NCBI GenBank assembly: GCA_014799595.1
Contig: JAAVHR010000022.1
Location: forward strand, 1-60,890
From: Clostridiales bacterium
Lineage (GTDB): Bacteria; Bacillota; Clostridia; Lachnospirales; Lachnospiraceae
DNA: 60,890 bases
Direction of reading: 5' to 3'
The notes below the pieces were generated by a model, which did no database searches, was not told the DNA's origin, and saw only the letters and a list, made by a program, of their open reading frames with translations. Shown piece after piece: positions 26,501 to 34,908 of this stretch. The translations under genes were made by a program, and so were the position numbers. Within the stretch, counting starts at the first letter, position 1. Each line of letters opens with the position of its first letter.

Positions 26501-28591
26501 TTTTTGGATGATTATTTAAGAAGTAAACCCGAGATTAAAGAAAAAAATGGGGAAACTGGTTTCTTGGAAGGTGTAGAAGGCAAAGTGGAAAAAATTAATA
26601 GCTGGAATGTTCATAAGGTTGGCGTAAAAGGGTTAAAAGAGGGAACGACTACAGTAAGTATTGTTGGAACAAACAATTATTTGTTATATGGTACTACTGT
26701 ATTTACAAAAGCACCAGAAATTAATATTACTTTGAATATAACCAAGAAAAAATGTACAAACATTGTGGACGAACAGAATTCTGCTGTGATTAGTATGGAA
26801 AACACCCAAAAAGAAGTTTCTCTAAATCCTCAGGTGTTACCGGAAGATTGTTCTGAAGCAAATGTATGGTCAAGCAGTAACGAGAATATTGTAAGCGTAC
26901 TTCCAAAGACTTATATACAAAATGGAGTAGAAGCTGTAAGTTCTTCTGCTGTGTTGTATCCTAGAGGATTAGGAACTAGTAAAGTTACCTTAAAAACCGG
27001 ATCTGTAAAAAAGGATTATCAGGTTCATGTGGTAGTTCCTGCAACAGGAATTACTTTAGATAAACAGGAAATTTCCACTAAGGAAGGTTCAAAAGAGCGT
27101 ATTAAACTTAATGCAAATATGACTTATGATACAAGTAAGTATAGTGCATCTGATTGGGAAAATTTCAAAGATGTATTGGATTACCAAAGTGGAGATGAAA
27201 AGGTGGTAACAGTATCTGGAGAAGGTGTAGTAACTCCGGTTGGAGCAGGAACTACCCAGATTACTGTAACAGCACTTGGCAGTGGAAAGACAGCAGTATG
27301 TAATGTAAGAGTATTGCCAGATGAAACTTTAGTATTCTTTACCGATGCTGCTGGAACAGAGTGGAATACCACTAAAACTATAGAAGTGCAGGCAAAAGAT
27401 CCTATTGTATTAAATATTGGTACAGAACCAGTGAATTCTGTTGCAGAACTAACATGGGAATTCTCAGATAAAAATATGTTCACTTATGTAAAGAATACCA
27501 CAAAGTATGTAGAGACAGAGGATAAGGGGCAACAGGAAAAAGTGGTTTCTATGGAATTTACAGGTGATAAGATTGGAACAGGAACTATAACTATATATCC
27601 AAAGAATTGTAAGAATAAAGATGCGGTTTCTGCTAAGGTCACTGTTCAAATACGTGCAGATGTGAAGGAAGCAGCATTTGCAACAGTTAATGAAATGCAA
27701 GTAGGAACAGAGCAGTCGGTATTTGGCTATATCGTGACAGGAGCAGGGAAAGCAGAAAAGGTGGCAGATATTCAGAAAATAACCACAGACACTGTGTCTT
27801 TTGTTTCTTCAAATTCCAGTATTGCATCTGTAGATCCTAAGACAGGTGTAGTAAAAGCAGTTGGAGAAGGAAAAGTAACAATTTCCATGCAGATAGTGAA
27901 TTCTAAGGATAGCAATAAAAATATGGTAAAAAATCTGGAACTAAATATTGTGAGACCACAGGCAACCGATATGATAGTAACAGAGAAGAATAGCAAGAAT
28001 GTAGTTTCTGTAGGGGGAACTTTGCAGCTTGTAACAACCTTGATACCAAATGTGGCAGAAGATAACATTACCTTTGTATCAGAGAATCCGACTGTGGCAA
28101 GCGTAGATGCAAATGGTAAGATTACTGGACTTTCAGCAGGAACTGGTAAGATTACAATTAAGGCTGAAAAGAAAGGGATTACAAAAACATTTGAGTTTAC
28201 TGTAACTGGAGCGGTGGCAACAAATAAACCACAGACAAGCAATCCACCACAAGTAACCAACAAACCTAATACCACAGCAAAGCCAAATAAGATTACAGTT
28301 AGTAAGGTAACTGGGGTAAAGGCAGTCAATAAAAAAGGCAAGAAAATAAAGGTGAGCTGGAAAAAACTTGGAAGTGTAAAGGGCTATCGTATTACAGTTG
28401 CTTTGAATAAGAAATTTACTTCAGGTAAAAAGATTCTCTGGGTAAAGAAGGGAACTACGACATCGAAGATTGTAAACAAATTAAAGAAGGGTAAAACCTA
28501 TTATGTAAAAGTAGAAGCCTATAAGCTAAATGGTAAAAAGAAAGTATTTGGAAAACCAAGTGCTGTGAAAAAGGTAAAAATTAAGAAATAA
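23504..28591 (+). CDS. Giant secreted surface protein: BspA-type leucine-rich repeats, Big_2-like Ig domains, a Pro/Thr/Asn linker and a lysine-rich FN3-like C-terminal domain
   Basis: Has a signal peptide and dozens of LRR_5-type units (IxLPxSVxxIGxxAFxxCxxL). Big_2-like segments are present (e.g. VVTVSGEGVVTPVGAGTTQITV). The C-terminus is ...SWKKLGSVKGYRITVA...GKTYYVKVEAYK. There is no LPXTG motif. Confidence 0.85.
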   Translation: MKRSMKKKMRKAIGVSMAVAMAMTSMPEGKLYNWGSLRVQAADTTKTIDASAVVQQVESAASNRPGIPDGILLNELKKLVNTKLGRAADHEITFAELMAYDGEIDLAAIGSQITSISGLGYARKAKKIVLTNVPVKAIDDFEFDGCTGLQEIVLPANLETIGKASFRNCNSLETIVLPETMKTIGESAFDACTKLAKINLPNSIEKIDKGAFGACKILEEVTITNPKIVLGASVFESCENLKSVNLPEGITEIPASFLAQTGITSIKVPSTVKIIKQSAFNLTLNLKEIDLTGCNGLTTLESSAFAQSGIETIKLPNSLTTIKSNCFDTCVGLKEITIPDSVQGKGDGTGTGIETLAFWRCYNLKKISLPAGISALQKELFNDCWNLQEVEIRNSATSVLESIEAEAFVGCNSLSDTNFLRDLPNLKRIEDGAFSYRKYKSNDDNLKFANITGVFCKLDNDIFNEEQYSLGLHSITLPNSVTYLGKEVFAEQPNVEIVTLGNGLKTIPENTFKGFSHLEKLTLPSELKTIGNSAFNGCCRLEDFTFPNTLETIGDSAFSDCGAVKMAQKLNYNICYVANDGIYDARPAGSTTVKECLVYQTDNSGNQEIVVKFLEIDKCITENAYKKVENPEIYTKVTIAAEKKYVKETDIFTSKSNTSNSYTDYTYNIETKRIVNSRTLYTERKNDVLADANCIYTPTDGYIGFYVRSGGTQMQEYVNTGISNLVIPNSVKTIGKSAFYNCYNLRNITISDQIIEIPESAFAVAKGDLLRNNNWIDKDYESGAYLFYRTVTLPKELEVIGNKAFENNSNLKNIISGLPQTLLTIGNSSFRCCCSLESIVIPSKVKSIGEYGFWGCSEYAKSKLPGAGKFDDYYMEEVYGLKELDLTQASSLESIGARAFGLTAIRQCTLPEKVTEVSQGLFEYCEFLNKVICSNDTNAIQNDVFRDCTDLVSITIPAKATVSYYAFRGNDIGMFNFSITDPEPYSVSIGENEVLPINTFLDDYLRSKPEIKEKNGETGFLEGVEGKVEKINSWNVHKVGVKGLKEGTTTVSIVGTNNYLLYGTTVFTKAPEINITLNITKKKCTNIVDEQNSAVISMENTQKEVSLNPQVLPEDCSEANVWSSSNENIVSVLPKTYIQNGVEAVSSSAVLYPRGLGTSKVTLKTGSVKKDYQVHVVVPATGITLDKQEISTKEGSKERIKLNANMTYDTSKYSASDWENFKDVLDYQSGDEKVVTVSGEGVVTPVGAGTTQITVTALGSGKTAVCNVRVLPDETLVFFTDAAGTEWNTTKTIEVQAKDPIVLNIGTEPVNSVAELTWEFSDKNMFTYVKNTTKYVETEDKGQQEKVVSMEFTGDKIGTGTITIYPKNCKNKDAVSAKVTVQIRADVKEAAFATVNEMQVGTEQSVFGYIVTGAGKAEKVADIQKITTDTVSFVSSNSSIASVDPKTGVVKAVGEGKVTISMQIVNSKDSNKNMVKNLELNIVRPQATDMIVTEKNSKNVVSVGGTLQLVTTLIPNVAEDNITFVSENPTVASVDANGKITGLSAGTGKITIKAEKKGITKTFEFTVTGAVATNKPQTSNPPQVTNKPNTTAKPNKITVSKVTGVKAVNKKGKKIKVSWKKLGSVKGYRITVALNKKFTSGKKILWVKKGTTTSKIVNKLKKGKTYYVKVEAYKLNGKKKVFGKPSAVKKVKIKK

Positions 28592-28631
28592 CCGAGGAAT
28601 AAAATCAGAAAAGAACCTCAAAATAATAAAG

Positions 28632-28675
28632 AGTGGAGCAAATATAGAGAAAGAAATATTTGTTCCACTTTTTAT
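28632..28675 (+). terminator. Rho-independent terminator after the LRR gene
   Basis: AGTGGAGCAAATAT pairs with ATATTTGTTCCACT, followed by TTTTT. Confidence 0.85.
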
Positions 28676-28863
28676 TTATATTACGAAAGTATGACATAAA
28701 AGTTATGTAAATATTACAAAAAAATAAATACAATAAGAAAAAATATGAAATTTGCCATAATAAAACAAGGAAATAAAATCCAAAAAAATCCCGATTATAT
28801 TGAAAAAGTAATGAGAAAAAACAAAAAAAGGAAAAGGAAATTGTGAATAATTACAAAAAAGAC

Positions 28864-28892
28864 TTGCGTATAAGACAAAAAGCTAGTATAAT
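28864..28892 (+). promoter_or_regulatory. Candidate sigma-A promoter of the type IV pilus operon
   Basis: TTGCGT (28864-28869), a 17-nt spacer, then TATAAT (28887-28892). Confidence 0.6.
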
Positions 28893-28962
28893 AACTATAG
28901 TGCATTAAAGATAACACCCTTTTGGGTGTAGAAGATATTATAGGAAGTAAGGCGGTTTTAAC

Positions 28963-30684
28963 ATGCGTATTGGATTGACAGAGCAAAGAGGACGTAAGAA
29001 GAAACGTCTTGGAGATATTCTTTTGTCGGAAGGTGTCATTACAGAAGAACAATTAGAAGAAGCATTGGCACAGCAGAAGACTATGGGCAAGAAGCTTGGA
29101 GCGGTATTGGTGGATTTGAATATGACCACAGAAGATGATATTGTGAATGCCTTGCAGCGGCAGTTGTCTTTAGATCGTGTGAAGTTATCAGAGATTAAGG
29201 TTCCAGAGGAGATTCTGAAACTGGTGCGTGAAGACATTCTTCGAAAGAATATGCTTATGCCTTTTGCTTTTAGCATTGAAAATATGAATGTACTTCGGGT
29301 AGCTATGTCAGACCCGCTGGATATTGTAGCGATTGACGATTTGGCGATTCTTACAAATTTTCAGATTGAGCCGGTTATTTCATCGGCGAAAGATATTTCG
29401 GCAGCAATTGACCGTTACTACGGCAATACAGAAGCGATGAAAGTGGCGGAGAAGTTTGCAAAAGAAAGAAAAGAGCAGAATGCAGAACGTAAGAAGGAAG
29501 AAGAGGAGATTAAGGATGATGTCAGCAATGCTCCAATTGTGCAGCTTGTAAATAAGATGATTGAACAGGCTGTCCGTCAGCGAACTAGTGATATACATAT
29601 TGAGGCTTTGGAAGGCGAAGTCCGTGTACGCTTTCGAATTGATGGTGTATTGAAAAGTATGATGCATTATGATATTGAATTACTGCCAGCGATTGTTGCG
29701 CGTCTTAAGATTATAGGTGGTATGGATATTTCTGAGAAGAGAAAACCGCAGGATGGTCGTATTACAAGTATTGTAGATGGTCAGGAATTTGATATCCGTG
29801 TATCCATTCTCCCGACAGTATATGGAGAAAAGACGGTTATGCGTCTTACTTCGAAGAAAGGTCTTACAAAGGATAAGAAAGATTTGGGATTTGCTCCTGA
29901 TGAATTAATGCAATTTGATCATATACTTAGTAATCCACATGGTATTATATTGGTAACAGGACCAACAGGTAGTGGTAAGTCTACCACTTTGTATACTGCA
30001 CTTAGTGAGTTAAACACAGATGATGTGAATATTATCACAGTAGAAGATCCGGTGGAGGCAAATGTAGATGGAATTAATCAGGTGCAAGTGAATAATAAAG
30101 CAGAAATGACTTTTGCAAATGCACTTCGTTCTATTTTACGTCAGGATCCGGATATTATTATGATTGGTGAGATCCGAGATAATGAGACAGCAGAGATTGC
30201 GGTAAAGGCATCTATTACTGGACACTTGGTAGTAAGTACTCTGCACACCAATAGTTCAGCAAGTACCATTACCCGTCTGGCGGATATGGGGATTGAGCCT
30301 TATTTGATTGCGGATTCTGTAGTTGGAGTAATTGCACAACGTCTGGTTCGCCGGCTTTGTCCAAAATGTAAACAGAGTCGTATGGCAGATGCGGCAGAAG
30401 TTGAAATATTAGGGCTGGAAAACGGCTCTGATGCGGTGATTTATGAGCCTTGTGGCTGTCATGTGTGCAATAATACCGGATATTATGGTCGAATTGGTGT
30501 ATATGAAATTATGGAGATTAATTCGGAATTGAAGGAAGTAATTGCTAGAAAAGCAAATGCAGATGAGATAAAACAAGCAGCTCTGCGGAATGGTATGAAG
30601 ACACTTCGTATGTCTGCTACAAAATATGTATTAAGTGGAATGACTTCAATTGCAGAAATGAAGAGGATTTCCTTTGAAAATTAA
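28963..30684 (+). CDS. pilB: Type IV pilus assembly ATPase PilB (GspE family) with an MshEN-type N-terminal domain
   Basis: Walker A GPTGSGKST, Asp/His boxes and the tetracysteine CPKC...CHVC. The N-terminus matches the RLGxxLLxxGVIxxxxLxxxLxxQ motif. Confidence 0.9.
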   Translation: MRIGLTEQRGRKKKRLGDILLSEGVITEEQLEEALAQQKTMGKKLGAVLVDLNMTTEDDIVNALQRQLSLDRVKLSEIKVPEEILKLVREDILRKNMLMPFAFSIENMNVLRVAMSDPLDIVAIDDLAILTNFQIEPVISSAKDISAAIDRYYGNTEAMKVAEKFAKERKEQNAERKKEEEEIKDDVSNAPIVQLVNKMIEQAVRQRTSDIHIEALEGEVRVRFRIDGVLKSMMHYDIELLPAIVARLKIIGGMDISEKRKPQDGRITSIVDGQEFDIRVSILPTVYGEKTVMRLTSKKGLTKDKKDLGFAPDELMQFDHILSNPHGIILVTGPTGSGKSTTLYTALSELNTDDVNIITVEDPVEANVDGINQVQVNNKAEMTFANALRSILRQDPDIIMIGEIRDNETAEIAVKASITGHLVVSTLHTNSSASTITRLADMGIEPYLIADSVVGVIAQRLVRRLCPKCKQSRMADAAEVEILGLENGSDAVIYEPCGCHVCNNTGYYGRIGVYEIMEINSELKEVIARKANADEIKQAALRNGMKTLRMSATKYVLSGMTSIAEMKRISFEN

Positions 30685-30776
30685 ATGTGAACTTATTCAA
30701 AAATTTTAATATTTTTGAAGTTGAGAAGTTTGGTTGCGTGATAATAAAACCCGGAAGGGCAAGAAAGGAAAAATGT

Positions 30777-31835
30777 ATGGTTACAATACAGGAATTGTTG
30801 GCGGAAGCTAGACAAAGAGGTGCATCAGATGTACATATTTCGGTGGGAATACCGCCTAAGTTCCGAATTCATGGAATTTTGGAAGATATGATTAGCTGTC
30901 CAAGACTTATGCCAGAGGATACAGAACAGATTATCCAGCCAATGTTGACAAAGAAAACGACAGATACTTTAGTGCAAAAAGGGGAAGTGGACTTCTCGTA
31001 TTCTTTACCGGAATTAGGACGTTTCCGTGTGAATATTTTTAAACAGCGTGGTACTTATGCGTGTGTACTTCGTCTGGTAAATACAGAAATTCCTACACCA
31101 GAACAGCTTGGATTGCCAACATCTATTTTAGGACTTACTGAGAAAAGGAGAGGTCTGGTATTGGTAACGGGACCAACAGGTAGTGGTAAATCTACCAGTC
31201 TTGCCTCTCTTATGAATATTATTAATGAAACTTATGCACATCATTGCATTACTTTGGAAGATCCGATTGAGTATGTGCATAATCATAAAAAGTCAATTAT
31301 GAACCAGAGAGAAGTTGGTATGGATACTGGAGGATTTGGGGATGCACTTCGTGCGGCACTCCGAGAAGATCCAGATGTAATTCTGGTAGGAGAGATGCGT
31401 GACTTGGATACGATTCAGGTTGCATTGACAGCAGCAGAAACAGGGCATTTAGTGTTTTCTACTTTACATACAATTGGTGCAGCACCAACGATAGACCGTG
31501 TTATTGATGTGTTCCCGCCAGAACAGCAGCAACAGACACGTATCCAGTTGGCATCAGTATTAGAAGCAGTTATTTCGCAACAGTTGATTCCGACGGTAGG
31601 TGGACGTGGGCGTACCGCTGCATTTGAGGTGATGCTTGCAACGCCAGCAATTAAGAATTTAATCCGTGAGGCGAAGACACATCAGGTTCCTTCTCATATC
31701 CAGACAGGTAAGAAGGCGGGTATGATGCTTATGGATGATGCGATTTTTGATTTATATCTGAAACGTAGAATTGATGCAGAACATGCTTTATCTTATGCAG
31801 TAGATCCAGAGGCGATGGAGAAGAAGATGTTCTAG
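30777..31835 (+). CDS. pilT: Twitching-motility retraction ATPase PilT
   Basis: Contains ASDVHI, GPTGSGKST, EDPIEY and an AIKNLIREAKTHQ-type PilT signature. ATG 30777 is the chosen start. Confidence 0.9.
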   Translation: MVTIQELLAEARQRGASDVHISVGIPPKFRIHGILEDMISCPRLMPEDTEQIIQPMLTKKTTDTLVQKGEVDFSYSLPELGRFRVNIFKQRGTYACVLRLVNTEIPTPEQLGLPTSILGLTEKRRGLVLVTGPTGSGKSTSLASLMNIINETYAHHCITLEDPIEYVHNHKKSIMNQREVGMDTGGFGDALRAALREDPDVILVGEMRDLDTIQVALTAAETGHLVFSTLHTIGAAPTIDRVIDVFPPEQQQQTRIQLASVLEAVISQQLIPTVGGRGRTAAFEVMLATPAIKNLIREAKTHQVPSHIQTGKKAGMMLMDDAIFDLYLKRRIDAEHALSYAVDPEAMEKKMF

Positions 31836-31851
31836 AAGAAGAGGTGATGAC

Positions 31852-33063
31852 GTGGCAACTTATGAATATATGGCTGTGGATAAGGGCGGTAAACAGAAGA
31901 AAGGTACTATGGATGCCCAGACACCAGAGCGTGTGAAAGAGTTTTTAAAAAACGAAGGACTGATACCGATTTCGGTAAAAGAACAGAGTTTTTTGAATAA
32001 AGATATTAGTATTGGAGCTAAGAAAGTTAAAGCAAGGGATATGAGTATCTTTTGTAAACAGTTTGCAAGTATTATGCAGGCAGGTGTTACCATTATCAAT
32101 GCCCTACAGATGCTTTCAGAACAGACAGAGAATAAGACACTTCGTGAGGCGGTTAAGAGTGTACAGACAGATGTGGAAAAAGGAGAAAGTCTGGCTGGTG
32201 CCATGCGGAACCAGAAGGAAGTATTTCCTCCTATCTTGATTCACATGGTGGAGGCAGGGGAAGCTTCTGGTAGTTTGGACATTGCTTTTGAAAGATTGTC
32301 AGTCCAGTTTGAAAAACAGGCAAAGATAAATGGTTTGGTAAAACGTTCCCTTGCATATCCGATTGTAATTATTCTGGTGGCAATTGCGGTGGTAATTGTT
32401 ATGTTAGTTGTGGTATTTCCACAGTTTGAAGAGATGTTTGCAAGTCTTGATTCGGAATTGCCAGCAATAACAAAACTGGTACAAAGTATGAGTAATTTTG
32501 TGCAAAGTTTCTGGTGGCTTCTTGCAATGATTGGTGCAGCGATTGTATTAGGTATCCGGACTTATGCAAAAACAGAAAATGGACAGATTTTATTTTCGAA
32601 GATTGCCTTAAATGCTCCAATGTTTGGTAATCTTACTATAAAGTCGTCATCTGCTACATTGACAAGAACTTTGAGTACCTTGCTGGCTGCAGGTATTTCC
32701 CTTGTGGATGCAGTGGAAATTGTATCTAAAGTTATCAGTAATGCTATTGTAAGAAGTGCTTTGGAGAATTCGGTGGAAGAGATTCAACGAGGTGTACCAT
32801 TATCAGTACCTTTGGAACAGAGTGAAGTGTTTCCTCCTATGGTGTATCACATGACACGGATAGGAGAGGAAACTGGTAATGTGGAAGAAATGCTTAGCAA
32901 GATTGCCGATTACTATGAAGAGGAAGTGGAGAATGCAACAGCAGCTTTGACTTCTATGTTAGAACCGTTGATTATTATTTTACTTGGCGGTTTGGTTATG
33001 TTTATTCTGCTATCCATATACTTGCCTATCCTGAGCATGTATAGTGCAGTAGAAAATGGTTAA
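31852..33063 (+). CDS. pilC: Type IV pilus platform protein PilC (GspF family)
   Basis: GTG start. Two T2SSF repeats and three TM segments. Confidence 0.9.
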   Translation: MATYEYMAVDKGGKQKKGTMDAQTPERVKEFLKNEGLIPISVKEQSFLNKDISIGAKKVKARDMSIFCKQFASIMQAGVTIINALQMLSEQTENKTLREAVKSVQTDVEKGESLAGAMRNQKEVFPPILIHMVEAGEASGSLDIAFERLSVQFEKQAKINGLVKRSLAYPIVIILVAIAVVIVMLVVVFPQFEEMFASLDSELPAITKLVQSMSNFVQSFWWLLAMIGAAIVLGIRTYAKTENGQILFSKIALNAPMFGNLTIKSSSATLTRTLSTLLAAGISLVDAVEIVSKVISNAIVRSALENSVEEIQRGVPLSVPLEQSEVFPPMVYHMTRIGEETGNVEEMLSKIADYYEEEVENATAALTSMLEPLIIILLGGLVMFILLSIYLPILSMYSAVENG

Positions 33064-33217
33064 TAGTGTACTACTACTAGAGGGGTAGAACACTTTTAAT
33101 AAAGGTCTGCTTGTCAGACAAATAAAAATGGCTGTCCGAAAATGCCGATTAGCATTCGCTACTGAGGATTGGCGGAATAAGGGGTGAAGGACACCAAAAG
33201 AAAAGGAGATATGGCTT

Positions 33218-33712
33218 ATGATGAAGAAATTAATGGAAAGATTTAGAATGATTCGCGAGAATCAAAAGAAGAATGGAACAAAAGGTTTCTCTATGATTGA
33301 GTTGATTATTGTTATTGCAGTTATGGCAATCTTAATTGCTTTAATTGGAACACAATTGATTCCATATTTGGAAAAATCAAGAAAAACTAGAGATTTGGAC
33401 ACTATGAGTGCTATTTTGACAGCAGTGCAGTCTGTATGTACTGATCATGAGTTAGTTCCTGAAGATCTTACTGGCTTTGATGATATAACTGGGTATGATG
33501 AGTTTAATACATACCTTGGATATAATTGGAGTGATGTTGCGAATAAGTTTAGTTCAAAAGCATCTGGAGGTAAAGGTAGTGCTGAGCCTGTTTTAAAAGT
33601 GGTTACTATAAGTGGACAAAGCGCAATAATGATAGAAGTAGGTGAATTGTGGGTAACTACAGGTGGTCTTAGCAGTGCTAATACTGAAGATGCTGATAAA
33701 CCATCATCATAA
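33218..33712 (+). CDS. pilA: Major type IV pilin (prepilin with a 23-aa leader)
   Basis: The motif ...NGTKG|FSMIELIIVIAVMAILIALIG has the class III signal peptide: G at -1, F at +1, E at +5. Confidence 0.85.
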   Translation: MMKKLMERFRMIRENQKKNGTKGFSMIELIIVIAVMAILIALIGTQLIPYLEKSRKTRDLDTMSAILTAVQSVCTDHELVPEDLTGFDDITGYDEFNTYLGYNWSDVANKFSSKASGGKGSAEPVLKVVTISGQSAIMIEVGELWVTTGGLSSANTEDADKPSS

Positions 33713-33777
33713 TGGTTTAATTAGATAGTACACTGGGGGCAATAATATAAGACCCTCAGTCTTATACATAAATCATA

Positions 33778-33808
33778 TCTCCCGCCCCTTCCTCAGGGGG
33801 GCGGGAGA
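33778..33808 (+). terminator. GC-rich stem-loop after the pilin gene, either an attenuating terminator or an mRNA stabiliser
   Basis: TCTCCCGCCCC pairs with GGGGCGGGAGA in an 11-bp stem. There is no U-tract downstream. Confidence 0.45.
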
Positions 33809-33839
33809 AGATAAAAAAAGAAGAAAAGGAGAAGAGAAC

Positions 33840-34613
33840 ATGGCATTTCGTATTTGTGTATATACGTTAGTTGTAATATACGGTTTGGTAATAGGCAGTT
33901 TTTTAAATGTTCTGATTCTTCGTATTCCAGAAGGGGAAGATTTTGTACGAACCAGATCCCATTGTGTAAAGTGTGGGTATCAACTGGCTTGGTTTGATAT
34001 GATACCTGTGTTTAGTTATTTAGCACTTGGAGGTAAGTGCAGAAAATGTGGAGAGAAGATATCTCCTCAATATCCAATTATTGAGGCGTTAAATGCAGTG
34101 CTGTATTTAATTGTCTTTTTATGTAATGGCATAGGTTTTTTAAGTGTGATTTATTGTATGGTAACATCAGCACTGATTGTTATATCCGTAATTGATGAAA
34201 GAACCATGGAGATTCCTTTAGGGCTTACTATATTTATTGGTATTATGGGAGTGATTCGTGCCGGAATGGACTGGAAGCATATTTCTCTTTATATTATTGG
34301 AATGTGTTCCGTTGGTTTATTTTTGGAAATTCTGTTTGTTGGATCAGGAGGCAGATGGATTGGCGGAGGCGATGCTACTCTTATGATGGCGGCTGGTCTG
34401 GTGCTAGGCTGGAAGAATGTAATTGCAGGATTCTTCTTATCTTGTATTATTGGTTCAGTTGTACATATCATTCGTATGAAAATAACCAATGCAGATAAAG
34501 TATTATCTCTTGGACCTTATCTGGCAGTAGGAATTTATATTATGATGCTTTGTGGGGACAAGCTGGTGAATTGGTATTTAGAAGTAACCAATCTATCCGT
34601 TTTATTAGGGTAG
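33840..34613 (+). CDS. pilD: Prepilin peptidase / N-methyltransferase PilD (peptidase A24)
   Basis: N-terminal CxxC...CxxC (CVKCGY...CRKCGE), a polytopic membrane domain and a GGGD motif (IGGGDATLMM). Confidence 0.9.
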   Translation: MAFRICVYTLVVIYGLVIGSFLNVLILRIPEGEDFVRTRSHCVKCGYQLAWFDMIPVFSYLALGGKCRKCGEKISPQYPIIEALNAVLYLIVFLCNGIGFLSVIYCMVTSALIVISVIDERTMEIPLGLTIFIGIMGVIRAGMDWKHISLYIIGMCSVGLFLEILFVGSGGRWIGGGDATLMMAAGLVLGWKNVIAGFFLSCIIGSVVHIIRMKITNADKVLSLGPYLAVGIYIMMLCGDKLVNWYLEVTNLSVLLG

Positions 34614-34700
34614 TGTGTGACAGAAAACCTTGTGTTTTATGTCGCAGAGGGCTAATCAAGATATAACTACCAAGAATTAGTTTTGTGCGATGTAAAAGAC

Positions 34701-34845
34701 GTTACTGTTTACAGTTAGGACTTTGCACTTGCTGCAAAGTCCGTAAGAATAAGTAGTGGTAGCGAAGAATCCAGCCTTTTGCCGAAGGCGAATTTTAAAT
34801 AGGCTGGATTTTGTTACTGTGAGCATCATGGATGTGAACAGTAAC
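34701..34845 (+). mobile_element. Family-2 GTAAC-box element inserted between pilD and pilMN
   Basis: About 90% identical to 2923-3067. Starts GTTACTGTTTAC and ends GTGAACAGTAAC. Flanked by TAAAAGAC (34693-34700) and AAAAAGAC (34846-34853). Confidence 0.85.
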
Positions 34846-34908
34846 AAAAAGACATCGGGATATAGCATAAATGGTTATCAAACCGTGAAAATAAGGAGGA
34901 AGGCAGAC

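Noticed and set aside
30699-30722. AT-only palindrome TTCAAAAATTTTAATATTTTTGAA between pilB and pilT as an operator site
   Set aside because: Such a palindrome could arise by chance in AT-rich sequence, and I recognise no matching regulator motif.
33064-33217. c-di-GMP riboswitch (GEMM-I or GEMM-II) upstream of pilA, as found in C. difficile
   Set aside because: I could not find the conserved cores as I remember them: GGCAAA...ACGCAAAGC for class I, and the CAACCGACC-type pseudoknot region for class II. A covariance-model scan is needed to settle this.
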